From Cyanobacteriota bacterium (GTDB lineage: Bacteria > Acidobacteriota > Vicinamibacteria > Vicinamibacterales > UBA2999): a stretch of DNA of 64,000 nt. A program made the position numbers and the translations under genes. The notes under the pieces are model-generated. The model was not told where the DNA came from and ran no database searches. It worked only from the letters and a program-made list of their open reading frames with translations. This document shows, piece by piece, positions 20,281 through 30,607 of the stretch. Positions within the stretch are counted from its first letter, which is position 1; each line of letters opens with the position of its first letter. The stretch covers positions 140,205 to 204,204 of the forward strand of contig JAIEMQ010000015.1 of the NCBI GenBank assembly GCA_019752015.1. The letters are read 5' to 3'.

Positions 20281-20470
20281 CGACGATCATCGTCAGACGG
20301 AGCACGAACGCAGGGGGCGAGAGGCGGGCGGAAACCTGAGCATCCAGCTTGATGACTGGTGGCAATCCGGGGCGCCCGCCGAGCATGGCTTTTGACCGAC
20401 AACCTCGCTGCGAGCCGTGCAGCGCGGGCAGACGCGAGCAGCGAGTTGACAGCCCTCCGGAGTGAGTGCG
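20281..20470. repeat. right arm of the large inverted repeat
   Basis: The reverse complement aligns to 19263..19567 (shared blocks ctgtcaactcgctgctcgcg, cggcgggcgccccggattgcc, ttccgcccgcctctcg). Confidence 0.85.
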
Positions 20471-20534
20471 GAGTCTGATGATGATCGGCCCGAGCGCGCG
20501 GTCCGGCTCAAGCCGGACCCTCACAGAAATGCGA

Positions 20535-21020
20535 TTAACCGAGCTTCATGAAAATGGGACGAAGACGCTCGGCGGTCTTGGGCAACTCTTCCGGCAACAC
20601 CCGCACTTCGCCGACGACCGTCATGAAGTTGGTGTCACCGTTCCACCGCGGCACGAGATGAATGTGCAGGTGATCGACGATGCCCGCGCCGGCGGGGCGT
20701 CCGAGATTCATGCCGACGTTGATGCCCTGCGGCGAGTACGCCTCCGTCAACACGCGCTCGCAGAGCTGCGTGAGCTTCGCCATCTCGCTGAGCTCGCTGT
20801 CTTCGAGCAGCGCCATCTGCGCGACGTGGCGATGCGGCACCACCATCAGGTGGCCGGCGTTGTACGGAAACTTGTTGAGGATGACGTAGCCGAGCGTGCC
20901 TTCGTGAACGATCAGCTGCTGCCCTTCACCAATCGTTCGCGCGATGCAGAACACGCAGCCGGGGGTTTCTTCAGACCTGGTCACGTAAGCATGGCGCCAT
21001 GGTGACCAAATACGATCCAT
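20535..21020 (-). CDS. HIT family protein
   Basis: Histidine triad DHLHIHLVPRW. Confidence 0.88.
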   Translation of the reverse strand: MDRIWSPWRHAYVTRSEETPGCVFCIARTIGEGQQLIVHEGTLGYVILNKFPYNAGHLMVVPHRHVAQMALLEDSELSEMAKLTQLCERVLTEAYSPQGINVGMNLGRPAGAGIVDHLHIHLVPRWNGDTNFMTVVGEVRVLPEELPKTAERLRPIFMKLG

Positions 21021-21028
21021 GGCCTGAC

Positions 21029-21088
21029 GATCTCAGATCTCAAATCTCACATCTCAGATTGATCTGAGATCTGCGATGTGAGATCTGC
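21029..21088. repeat. palindrome of ATCTCAG-type heptamers overlapping the IHF/HU gene 3' end
   Basis: ...atctcacatctcagat tg atctgagatctgcgatgtgagat... The arms are reverse complements. Confidence 0.8.
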
Positions 21089-21379
21089 AATCGGTTCCCC
21101 GGTTTCTTTATTGATCAGATCCTTCAATTCCTTGCCGGGCTTAAAGTAGGGAACTCGCTTGGGTGGCACGTCCACCTTGTCGCCGGTCTTGGGGTTGCGG
21201 CCCTTGCGGGGCTCGCGCTTGCGAAGGCGGAAGCTGCCGAATCCGCGAAGCTCGATCTTCTCGCCGCGCTTGAGAGCCTCGATGATGCTCTCGAACACGG
21301 TGTCGACGATGACCTCAGAGTGTTTCTTGGTGAGGTCCGAGACTCGCGAGACTTCTTCGACCAGTTCCGCCTTCGTCAT
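21047..21379 (-). CDS. integration host factor / HU family DNA-binding protein
   Basis: GFGSFRLRKREPRKGRNPKTGDKVDVPPKRVPYFKPGKELK. The C-terminal about 20 aa extension is encoded by the palindrome. Confidence 0.9.
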   Translation of the reverse strand: MTKAELVEEVSRVSDLTKKHSEVIVDTVFESIIEALKRGEKIELRGFGSFRLRKREPRKGRNPKTGDKVDVPPKRVPYFKPGKELKDLINKETGEPIADLTSQISDQSEM

Positions 21380-21383
21380 AATT

Positions 21384-21473
21384 AAGGTGCCTTAGGTGCC
21401 TAAGTGCCTAAGGTGCCTTTGGTGCCGGTGCCACGTGCACTCAGGCACTCAGGCACCCAGGCACTCAGGCACC

Positions 21474-21475
<2 letters not shown>
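21384..21475. terminator. about 40-bp-stem imperfect hairpin built from GGTGCCTWA octamers, directly after the rpsA stop
   Basis: aaggtgccttaggtgcctaagtgcctaaggtgcc pairs with ggcactcaggcactcaggcacccaggcactcaggcaccct. Confidence 0.7.
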
Positions 21476-23264
<1,789 letters not shown>

Positions 23265-23406
23265 TTGCTAGAGGTGTCCTTTACTTTCAGATTTGCTACG
23301 GATGGAACGGTCGCACATCGATTGTCTGATGTATCCGCGTTCCGCGTAACCGATAGAGATTACGTTACTTAGCGCGATACTGTCAAGAAGCCGAAAGGAT
23401 CTGGTC

Positions 23407-24069
23407 ATGGCCCGGAAGAAGCCAGCACGGCCCGCGAAGAAGGCGAAAAAGCAGGCCAAAAAGAAGACCGCATCGAAAGCCGCCGCGCGACGCGGCGTCA
23501 AGAAATCCGCCAGGAAAACGGCAAAAAAGAGCGCACCCAAAGCGCGCGGCTACGCCGCGGTCCGCAAGGCCAAGCCGGCCGCCAAGGCGAAGCCCAAAGG
23601 CCGCCTGATGAGTGCCGTCAAGAAACTGGCCGGCGCGGCGGTCCTGGCTGGAGTGGACGCCGCCTTGTCGGGGGCGAAGAAGAAGCCGAACCTCGATCGG
23701 CCCCGCAAGACTGTCGCGGACGTGCACGGCATCCCGTCCAGCCTCGACGCCAATCGCGGCGCCTCGGCCGCCAAGTCGGGCCGCGCCGAAATGAAGGATC
23801 GCCTGTCGAAGAACACCGGCTCGGGTCCGGCGCTCACCGGCGGTGATGTCGACGCCGATTGGGAATCAGCCGAATCGATCGGCGACGAGGCCCCGGGCGG
23901 CGACAACCCCACGCCTGATCAGGACGTGGTCGACGACATCGGCCGCGCGCTTGGCGTCGAGTACGAAGACGACGAAGAGCTGCAGGGCGGCGCGGAGATC
24001 GCCGATCGCGACAAGCATCGCTGGGAGCTCGATCCGGCGTCGAAGGACAACGACGAAGACGACGAATAA
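23407..24069 (+). CDS. Lys/Ala-rich histone-H1-like N-terminus fused to an acidic C-terminal domain
   Basis: MARKKPARPAKKAKKQAKKKTASKAAARRGVKK..., then LTGGDVDADWESAESIGDEAPGGDNPTPDQD. Confidence 0.6.
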   Translation: MARKKPARPAKKAKKQAKKKTASKAAARRGVKKSARKTAKKSAPKARGYAAVRKAKPAAKAKPKGRLMSAVKKLAGAAVLAGVDAALSGAKKKPNLDRPRKTVADVHGIPSSLDANRGASAAKSGRAEMKDRLSKNTGSGPALTGGDVDADWESAESIGDEAPGGDNPTPDQDVVDDIGRALGVEYEDDEELQGGAEIADRDKHRWELDPASKDNDEDDE

Positions 24070-24070
24070 C

Positions 24071-24148
24071 GGGGCTTGGGACTTGGGGCTTGGGACTTGG
24101 GGCTTGGGGTTTCTCAAGACCTCAAGACCTCGAGACCTCAAGACCTCA
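24071..24148. repeat. two adjacent tandem arrays: GGRCTTG heptamers then ACCTCRAG octamers, between convergent genes
   Basis: ggggcttgggacttggggcttgggacttggggcttgggg followed by tctcaagacctcaagacctcgagacctcaagacctca. Confidence 0.85.
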
Positions 24149-24943
24149 TGGCTTACACGGCGCGGTGACGGTATACCCGAACAGCCGCGTCGTGCTTCCC
24201 GCTCGATCGATCCGCACCACTTTCCCGAAGTCCCTGCTCACGACCACTTCACGATAGAACGTCTGCGACGGGATCTCCGCCAGCACCCGGCCCTGGTCGT
24301 CGAGGCACGCGATGCGGTCGGTGCTCGCGAGCCAGCGCCGCTTCGGATCGGCGCTCGACGCCAGCAGCCACGCGTCGTAGATTTCAACGCCGGCGCCTTC
24401 GCGCTTCTTGAAGGCGACGCGACCGTTGTCGTTGGCCATCTCGATGCCTTCAATCGAGATCGGCGCGCGCACCGCGCGCGTCAACAGCAAATCCCCCGTC
24501 GGCCGCGCATGCATCTGCAACATGCCGCTGAAGGTCCCGATCAGAAGATATTGCCCGGTCGTGTCGAAGGCGACGTCCGACGGCGTGCCCATGGTGCCGA
24601 TCGACACGCTCTTGCCATCGCGCTCGACCAGCCACGTGTATTTGTAGGTCGCCGATCCCGTCGTCGCGATCGAATCGCAATCGGGCGAGACGGCGGTTTC
24701 CTGCGGATAGATCAAGCGGCTGACTTTTCGATAGTTCCAGCGCCACGACAGCGCGCCGGTTTCGTCGAGCACTTCGATCGCGCCGTTCTGATCGACGAGG
24801 CTGCAGCGACCGAGCTCGTGGGCGGTGAGAAAGCGACCGCCCTTGGACAGCGTCTTCGTCCAGGCCGGTTCCAGGTAGTTCTGCGCGTTGGCAGCCGATG
24901 CAAGTACGAGCAACGAGACCAACACCAACGGGGCTTTGGCCAT
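24146..24943 (-). CDS. secreted hypothetical protein
   Basis: Signal peptide MAKAPLVLVSLLVLASAANAQ. No motif recognised. Confidence 0.55.
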   Translation of the reverse strand: MAKAPLVLVSLLVLASAANAQNYLEPAWTKTLSKGGRFLTAHELGRCSLVDQNGAIEVLDETGALSWRWNYRKVSRLIYPQETAVSPDCDSIATTGSATYKYTWLVERDGKSVSIGTMGTPSDVAFDTTGQYLLIGTFSGMLQMHARPTGDLLLTRAVRAPISIEGIEMANDNGRVAFKKREGAGVEIYDAWLLASSADPKRRWLASTDRIACLDDQGRVLAEIPSQTFYREVVVSRDFGKVVRIDRAGSTTRLFGYTVTAPCKP

Positions 24944-25051
24944 GCCCCGTTCAGAGCAATTGGCGCGCCATCGCCCAGGTCAGGAAACGCTCACGATTTC
25001 TCGTTCCGCCGCCCGGGTGGCGGAATGAATTACGCGACTGGCAGGAAGGTA

Positions 25052-26429
25052 TTACGGAAGCGAAATCGAGATGTATTTCACATCCATGAATTCATCAAGG
25101 CCCCACGGGCCGCCTTCGCGGCCGATACCCGAGAACTTCACGCCGCCAAACGGCGCATGCGGCACGGCGGGCAATCCGTCGTTGACGCCGACGATGCCGT
25201 AGTCGAGCGCTTCGGCAATGCGGAAGGCGCGCCCGAGATCCTTGGTCCACACATAAGCAGCCAGGCCGTACGGCGTTGCGTTCGCGGCGCGGATGATCTC
25301 CGCTTCGTCGGTGAAGCCGACGATCGGCGCGACCGGCCCGAATGTTTCTTCTTCGAGGATCCGCATGCCGCGCGACACGCCGGTGAGGAGCGTCGGCTCG
25401 AAAAACAAGCCGTCCTTGCGGTGGCCTCCCACAATCGCCTTCGCACCTTTTCCGACCGCATCGTCCACGTGCGACGCGACCTTGTCGAGTCCTTGCTGAT
25501 CGACGAGCGGCCCGACCTGGGTCTGATCGCTCATCGGATCGCCGACTCGCAGCTTGCGGATGCCGTCAGCCATAGCGTCGGAGAAGGGCGACTGAATCTG
25601 ATCGTGGACATAGATGCGATTCGCGCAACACGCACGTCTGCCCCGCGTTGCGGAACTTCGACGCCATTACCTGCTGCACCGCCGCGGGAATATCCGCGTC
25701 GCTGCAGATGATGAACGGCGCGTGACCGCCGAGCTCGAGCGACACGCGCTTGATGGTCTTCGCGGCTTTCTCGTAGAGCTTCATGCCGATCTCGGTGCTG
25801 CCCGTGAAGGTGAGCTTGCGCACGCGCGCGTCGGCGAAAAACACGTCCGACACGGCAGCCGGATCTGATGTGGTCAAGACTTGAAAGACGTCGGGCGGCC
25901 CTCCCGCCTGCGCCCACAGCTCCTCGAGCCTGATGGCGGTCAGCGGCGACTGCTCTGCCGGTTTCAACACGACCGTGCATCCAGCCGCGAGCGCCGGCGC
26001 AACTTTTCTGGTCACCATGGCGGCCGGAAAATTCCACGGCGTCACGGCGTAGACGGGACCGACCGGCTGTTTCATCGCGAGCAGGCGCTTGTTGTTCGAG
26101 TGCGACGGCACGATGTCGCCGTAGGCGCGCTTCGCTTCTTCGGCGTACCATTCGACGAACGCCGCGGCGTACTTCACCTCGCCGCGCGACTCGGTGATGG
26201 GCTTGCCCATCTCCTGGGTCATCATCTTCGCGAGCGTGTCCTCGTCCTTGAGGATCAGCTCGTACCACTTGCGCAGGATCGCGGAGCGCTCGAAGGGTGT
26301 CTTCGCCTTCCACATTGCAAACGCCGCGACGGATTTGTCGGCAGCCTGCTTCGCTTCCTCGACGGAGGCGTCCGGCGCGCGATCGAGGACGGCGGCGGTC
26401 GCCGGATTAATGATGTCGAATGTCTTCAT
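25052..26429 (-). pseudogene. NAD(P)-dependent (succinate-semi)aldehyde dehydrogenase interrupted by a 1-nt frameshift
   Basis: ORF 25566..26429 (N-terminal part, ELGG..., ends ...NAGQTCV) and ORF 25052..25573 (C-terminal part, EETFGPV) are consecutive ALDH pieces in different frames. Removing one T of gtgTTgcgcg (plus-strand 25627-25628) restores ...TCVCANRIYVHDQ... Confidence 0.8.
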
Positions 26430-26447
26430 GGCAGTCTCCAGGCGGGT

Positions 26448-27866
26448 CTAAAGACCCGCCTCTACGGCGCGCGTCATCAACGACCACAGTTGTTCAACGT
26501 GTTGACGCTCGGTCAGCTCCGCGCCGATCGAGACGCGGACCATCCACCGGCCATCGAGCAGCGCGGGCGTGACGTAGGCCTGCCCCGACTGATTCAGTCG
26601 AGCGGCCCATTCGAGCGTGTGCTTGTCGAGCGCCTCGCCTTCGAGTCCGGGCGGCTCATGACGAACACACAAGGTCTGTAACGGTACCGGCGCGAGCACT
26701 TTCCAGCAGGGTGTGTTCGCAATCTCGCGCACCAGCCATTTCGCGTTGTCGATATCCCGCCGCAGCCGTGCCTGCAATCCCTCGACGCCCTGTTCGCGGA
26801 TCAGGAACCACAACTTGAGCGCGCGGAAGCGGCGGCCCAGGGGCAATCCCCAGTCGCGATAGTTGTTCACGCGGCCGTCTGCCGCGGTCTGCAGATAACT
26901 CGGGTTGGTCGACATCACGCGCACGAGATGTTCCGGATCGCGAACGAAGTAGATCGTGCAGTCGAACACGGCGCCGAGCCACTTGTGCGCGTTGACGATC
27001 ACCGAATCCGCGCCCTCGACGCCGTGCCACATCCAACGGCACTCGGGCAGGATCATCGCCGAGCCGGCCATTGCCGCATCGACGTGCAGCCACAGGTTGT
27101 TGGCCTTGGCGACCTGCGCGAGTCTCTCAATGGGATCCAGTGCGGTTGATGTGGTCGTGCCCGTGGTCGCAACGACCACGCACGGACGACGGCCGTTGAG
27201 AATGTCGTCCTTCACCATGTTCTCGAGCGATTCGGGACGCATGGCGTGCGAGCCTTCGTGGGGAACGATTCGCACGTTGGCCTTGCCGAAGCCCGCGAGC
27301 ACCGCCGCCTTTTCAACGGAACTGTGACTGTGCGCCGAGGTGTAGACGATCAGCGGCCGATCCTGATCCTGCAGCCCGCCCTTCGCGAGGCTGAATTCGG
27401 AAGCGCGTTCGCGTGCGCATAACAGCGCCACCAGCGTGCTCGTCGACGCGGTGTCGTTGATGACACCGCTCCACGCTTCGGACAGGCCGAGCATCTGCCG
27501 CATCCAATCGGTGACGACCTCTTCCACTTCGGTCAAGGCCGGGCTTGATTGCCACGCCAGGCCAATCACGCCGAGGCCGGTGCTGACGTAGTCGCCCAGC
27601 ACGCTCGACAACAGCGCGTTCGACGGGAAGTAGCCGAAGAACCGCGGATGCTGCCACGTCGTGATGCCCGGCAGGACGACGCGATCGAGATCGCCGAGGA
27701 TGGTGTCGAACGACTCCGGCTGTTGTGGCGGCGATGCGGGCAGCATGGCCTTGATGTCCCCGGGCGCGCTCTTCGCCATCACCGGACGCGCCTCCACGCC
27801 GGCGCGGTAGTCGGCTATCCAGTCGATGACGCGGTACCCGGCCTTGCGGAATTCGTCGGGGTTCAT
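26448..27866 (-). CDS. pyridoxal-dependent (group II, aromatic-L-amino-acid type) decarboxylase
   Basis: HPRFFGYFPS, SSPALTEVE, NAHKW (PLP lysine). Confidence 0.88.
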   Translation of the reverse strand: MNPDEFRKAGYRVIDWIADYRAGVEARPVMAKSAPGDIKAMLPASPPQQPESFDTILGDLDRVVLPGITTWQHPRFFGYFPSNALLSSVLGDYVSTGLGVIGLAWQSSPALTEVEEVVTDWMRQMLGLSEAWSGVINDTASTSTLVALLCARERASEFSLAKGGLQDQDRPLIVYTSAHSHSSVEKAAVLAGFGKANVRIVPHEGSHAMRPESLENMVKDDILNGRRPCVVVATTGTTTSTALDPIERLAQVAKANNLWLHVDAAMAGSAMILPECRWMWHGVEGADSVIVNAHKWLGAVFDCTIYFVRDPEHLVRVMSTNPSYLQTAADGRVNNYRDWGLPLGRRFRALKLWFLIREQGVEGLQARLRRDIDNAKWLVREIANTPCWKVLAPVPLQTLCVRHEPPGLEGEALDKHTLEWAARLNQSGQAYVTPALLDGRWMVRVSIGAELTERQHVEQLWSLMTRAVEAGL

Positions 27867-28528
27867 CAGCCTTCGAGTTTTTCCGCGACCAGCATCAGCA
27901 CACGGTGCACGACGACGTCGATCGGCATCGAGGTGGTGTCGATGTAGATCGCGTCTTCGGCCTTCGCGAGCGGCGCAACCGATCGCGTGGAATCGGATTT
28001 GTCTCGCGCGACCAGGTTGCTCTGCACGGTGGCGATATTCGACGGGCTGCCGGTGTGCGCCGGATCGGCGGCACGCCGCCGCGCGCGCTCTTCGGGCGAG
28101 GCGTCGATGTAGAACTTGAGATCCGCCTGCGGGAACACCACGGTGCCGATGTCGCGGCCTTCCATGACGACGGCGCCGCCGGCGCCGAGCGCGCGCTGCT
28201 GATCGACGAGGATCTGGCGGACGTGCGGCAGCCGGGCGACCGACGCCGACGCCTTGTCGATTTCGGGCGTGCGGATCGCGCGGGTCACATCGTGGCCGTC
28301 GATGGTGATCTGTCCGTCAGCCTGCTCGTACTTCGCCCGCCGCGCCAGCTCCGACACTTGCGCGTCGTCATCGAGCGGCAGGCCCTCGTGCGCCGCCTTC
28401 CACGCGACCGCGCGATACATCGCGCCGGTATCGACGTGCCGGTAGCCAAGCCGCTCCGCAACCGTGCGGGCGAGTGTGCCCTTGCCCGCTCCCGACGGCC
28501 CATCGATCGCAATGACCAGTCGCTTCAC
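27866..28528 (-). CDS. cmk: (d)CMP kinase
   Basis: IAIDGPSGAGKGT P-loop, GRDIGTVV. Confidence 0.92.
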   Translation of the reverse strand: MKRLVIAIDGPSGAGKGTLARTVAERLGYRHVDTGAMYRAVAWKAAHEGLPLDDDAQVSELARRAKYEQADGQITIDGHDVTRAIRTPEIDKASASVARLPHVRQILVDQQRALGAGGAVVMEGRDIGTVVFPQADLKFYIDASPEERARRRAADPAHTGSPSNIATVQSNLVARDKSDSTRSVAPLAKAEDAIYIDTTSMPIDVVVHRVLMLVAEKLEG

Positions 28529-28554
28529 AAGAGGTTCAGTGTACCATCCGTGAC

Positions 28555-29766
28555 GTGCCTCTGACCCGCGGCAGCAGGGCGGCGCTCGTCCTCGTCCTCA
28601 TCGCGGGCCTGTTCTTCTTCGTCGCGCTTCCCTATCTCGATGCGCTGGGTTTCATCATTCGGGCGGCCGATCTTCCCGGCGCCGCGGCGACGGCCGCGGC
28701 CTGGCGCGCGAGCCCGTTCACACGCGATGCCGAGTTCACCGTGCCGACGCGCGGCGGCGTGATCCCGGCGCGGTTTTTCCGGCCGGCCCGCCAGACGCGG
28801 CGCACGCTGATCATGATCCCGGGCGTGCATCGCGACGGCATCAATGAATCACGACTCGTCGGCCTCGCGGAAGATCTCGCGGCCACCGGCTACGGCGTGT
28901 TGACGATCGCCGCTCCGGACCTGCAGCGCTTCAAGATCACGCCCGCCGTCACGGACACGATCGAGGATGCGGTCCGCTGGGCGAGCGAACAGCCGCAGTA
29001 CCGCACCGACGGCAAGATCGGCATTGTCGGCATCAGCTTCTCGGGCGGCCTCTCGATCGTCGCCGCCGGCCGCGACTCGATCAAGGATCGCGTCGCATTC
29101 GTGATGTCGTTCGGCGGCCACGGCGATCTTGCCCGCGCCATGCATTACCTCACCACCGGCCAGGTGCTGGGCAATCTCGAAACAGCCAAAGCGAGCTCCG
29201 CGGTGCTGGGCGCGGATCACGTCGGCGTGCATCCGCCGCACGATTACGGTCTCGCGGTCACGCTGTTGAACCTCGCCGATCGCGTGGTGCCGGCCGATCA
29301 AGTCGGACCGTTGTCGAAAGGCATCGACGACTTCCTGCTCGCCTCGTCGCTCGCGGTCACCGATCCAGCGAAGGCGATTCCCGTTTTCGAAGCGGCGAAG
29401 AAATACCAGGAGGCGCTGCCGGAGCCGTCGCGGACCTACATGCAATACGTGAACGATCGCGCCGTCGACAAGCTCGGACCAATCCTCTCGCCTGTTGCCG
29501 ATGCCCTGGCCACGCACCCGGCGATGCCGTCGCTCTCACCGGAGCGCGCCACGCCGCCGATCGCGCCGATCTTTCTGCTGCACGGCGTCGACGACAACGT
29601 CATTCCTTCGGTTGAGACCGTGCTGCTCGCGGAACATCTCAAGGGCAAGGCGCGCGTCGAAGGCCTGCTGAGCGGACTGATTACGCACGCTGAAGTCAAT
29701 CGCACCGCAACCTCGACCGAAGTTTGGCGGCTCGCGCAGTTCTGGCGCGACATAATGAAGCAGTGA
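28555..29766 (+). CDS. membrane-anchored alpha/beta-hydrolase-fold protein
   Basis: N-terminal TM segment, nucleophile-elbow-like VGISFSGG, LLHGVDDNVIP, ITHAE. Confidence 0.65.
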   Translation: MPLTRGSRAALVLVLIAGLFFFVALPYLDALGFIIRAADLPGAAATAAAWRASPFTRDAEFTVPTRGGVIPARFFRPARQTRRTLIMIPGVHRDGINESRLVGLAEDLAATGYGVLTIAAPDLQRFKITPAVTDTIEDAVRWASEQPQYRTDGKIGIVGISFSGGLSIVAAGRDSIKDRVAFVMSFGGHGDLARAMHYLTTGQVLGNLETAKASSAVLGADHVGVHPPHDYGLAVTLLNLADRVVPADQVGPLSKGIDDFLLASSLAVTDPAKAIPVFEAAKKYQEALPEPSRTYMQYVNDRAVDKLGPILSPVADALATHPAMPSLSPERATPPIAPIFLLHGVDDNVIPSVETVLLAEHLKGKARVEGLLSGLITHAEVNRTATSTEVWRLAQFWRDIMKQ

Positions 29767-30509
29767 ACGTCCGCCTGCAGAAGATCTTGTCGACCGCCGG
29801 CGTCGCATCACGACGCGCCTCCGAGCAGATGATCCTCGACGGCCGCGTCATGGTGAACGGCGAAACGGTGCGCGAGCTCGGCACGAAAGCCGATCCCGCA
29901 AAAGACGCCATCAAGGTCGACGGCCGCCGCATCAAGACAGAGGTCGCGCAGCGCTACATCGTCCTTTACAAGCCGAAGGGCTATGTGACGACGAGAAGCG
30001 ATCCGGAAGGCCGCCGCACGGTGATGGATCTGATCGGCGAAGGCGCCTACATCTATCCGGTCGGCCGCCTCGATTACGACTCCGAAGGCCTGCTGCTGAT
30101 GATGACCGACGGCGATCTCGCCGCGCGCCTCATGCATCCGCGTCATGAAGTGGACAAGGTCTACGAAGTGATCGTGATGGGCACGCCCGATCCGCGGAGC
30201 ATCGAGAAGCTGCGCAAGGGCGTTCACATCGAGGGCGGACGCACGTCGCCCGCCGACGTGCACGTCGGCACCACGGTGAAAGGCGCCAGGCCGACCACGC
30301 TCCTGACCATCACCATCCGCGAAGGGCGGAACCGCCAGATCCGGAAGATGTGCAGCTCAGTGGGCCTGCCCGTGCGGGATTTGCGCCGGATTCGCATGGG
30401 TCCCATCGGCCTGGGCCGGCTGAAACCGGGACAGTGGCGCGATCTTACGCCAGAGGAAGTCCGCCGCCTGAAGCGCCCTTCGACTCCGCTCAGGGCGCGT
30501 GACGTCTAG
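29763..30509 (+). CDS. rluB: pseudouridine synthase, RluB/RsuA family
   Basis: S4 domain RLQKILSTAGVASRR, catalytic GRLDYDSEGLLL. GTG 29763 overlaps the upstream TGA (GTGA). Confidence 0.85.
   Translation: MNVRLQKILSTAGVASRRASEQMILDGRVMVNGETVRELGTKADPAKDAIKVDGRRIKTEVAQRYIVLYKPKGYVTTRSDPEGRRTVMDLIGEGAYIYPVGRLDYDSEGLLLMMTDGDLAARLMHPRHEVDKVYEVIVMGTPDPRSIEKLRKGVHIEGGRTSPADVHVGTTVKGARPTTLLTITIREGRNRQIRKMCSSVGLPVRDLRRIRMGPIGLGRLKPGQWRDLTPEEVRRLKRPSTPLRARDV
30476..30507. repeat. half copy of the REP-like element at the rluB 3' end
   Basis: cccttcgactccgctcaggg matches one arm of the 8486 and 38666 elements. Encodes the terminal PSTPLRARDV. Confidence 0.6.
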
Positions 30510-30545
30510 AGACGCCCGCCGCGCGAAAAATCGAATATGATGCTG

Positions 30546-30576
30546 CGATCGAATCGGGAAGGATTCGATCGAATCG
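30546..30576. promoter_or_regulatory. candidate operator: 10-bp perfect inverted repeat / 11-bp direct repeat upstream of the PQQ dehydrogenase
   Basis: cgatcgaatc-gggaag-gattcgatcg. cgatcgaatcg is also repeated directly 20 nt apart. About 30 nt upstream of the AGGAG RBS. Confidence 0.4.
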
Positions 30577-30607
30577 ACGCATTTCCCAGTTTTAGGAGCA
30601 AAAACGC

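Noticed and set aside
20500-20519. GC hairpin ggtccggc-tcaa-gccggacc downstream of the HIT gene as an intrinsic terminator
   Set aside because: No U-tract follows it on the transcribed (minus) strand. It also lies at the edge of the inverted-repeat arm, so its role is unclear and it was left unannotated.
25600-25640. Programmed ribosomal frameshifting at the ALDH break (and at 41800..41812 in the decarboxylase)
   Set aside because: There is no X_XXY_YYZ slippery heptamer or obvious downstream stimulatory structure at either site. Simple 1-nt indels in dinucleotide runs explain both.
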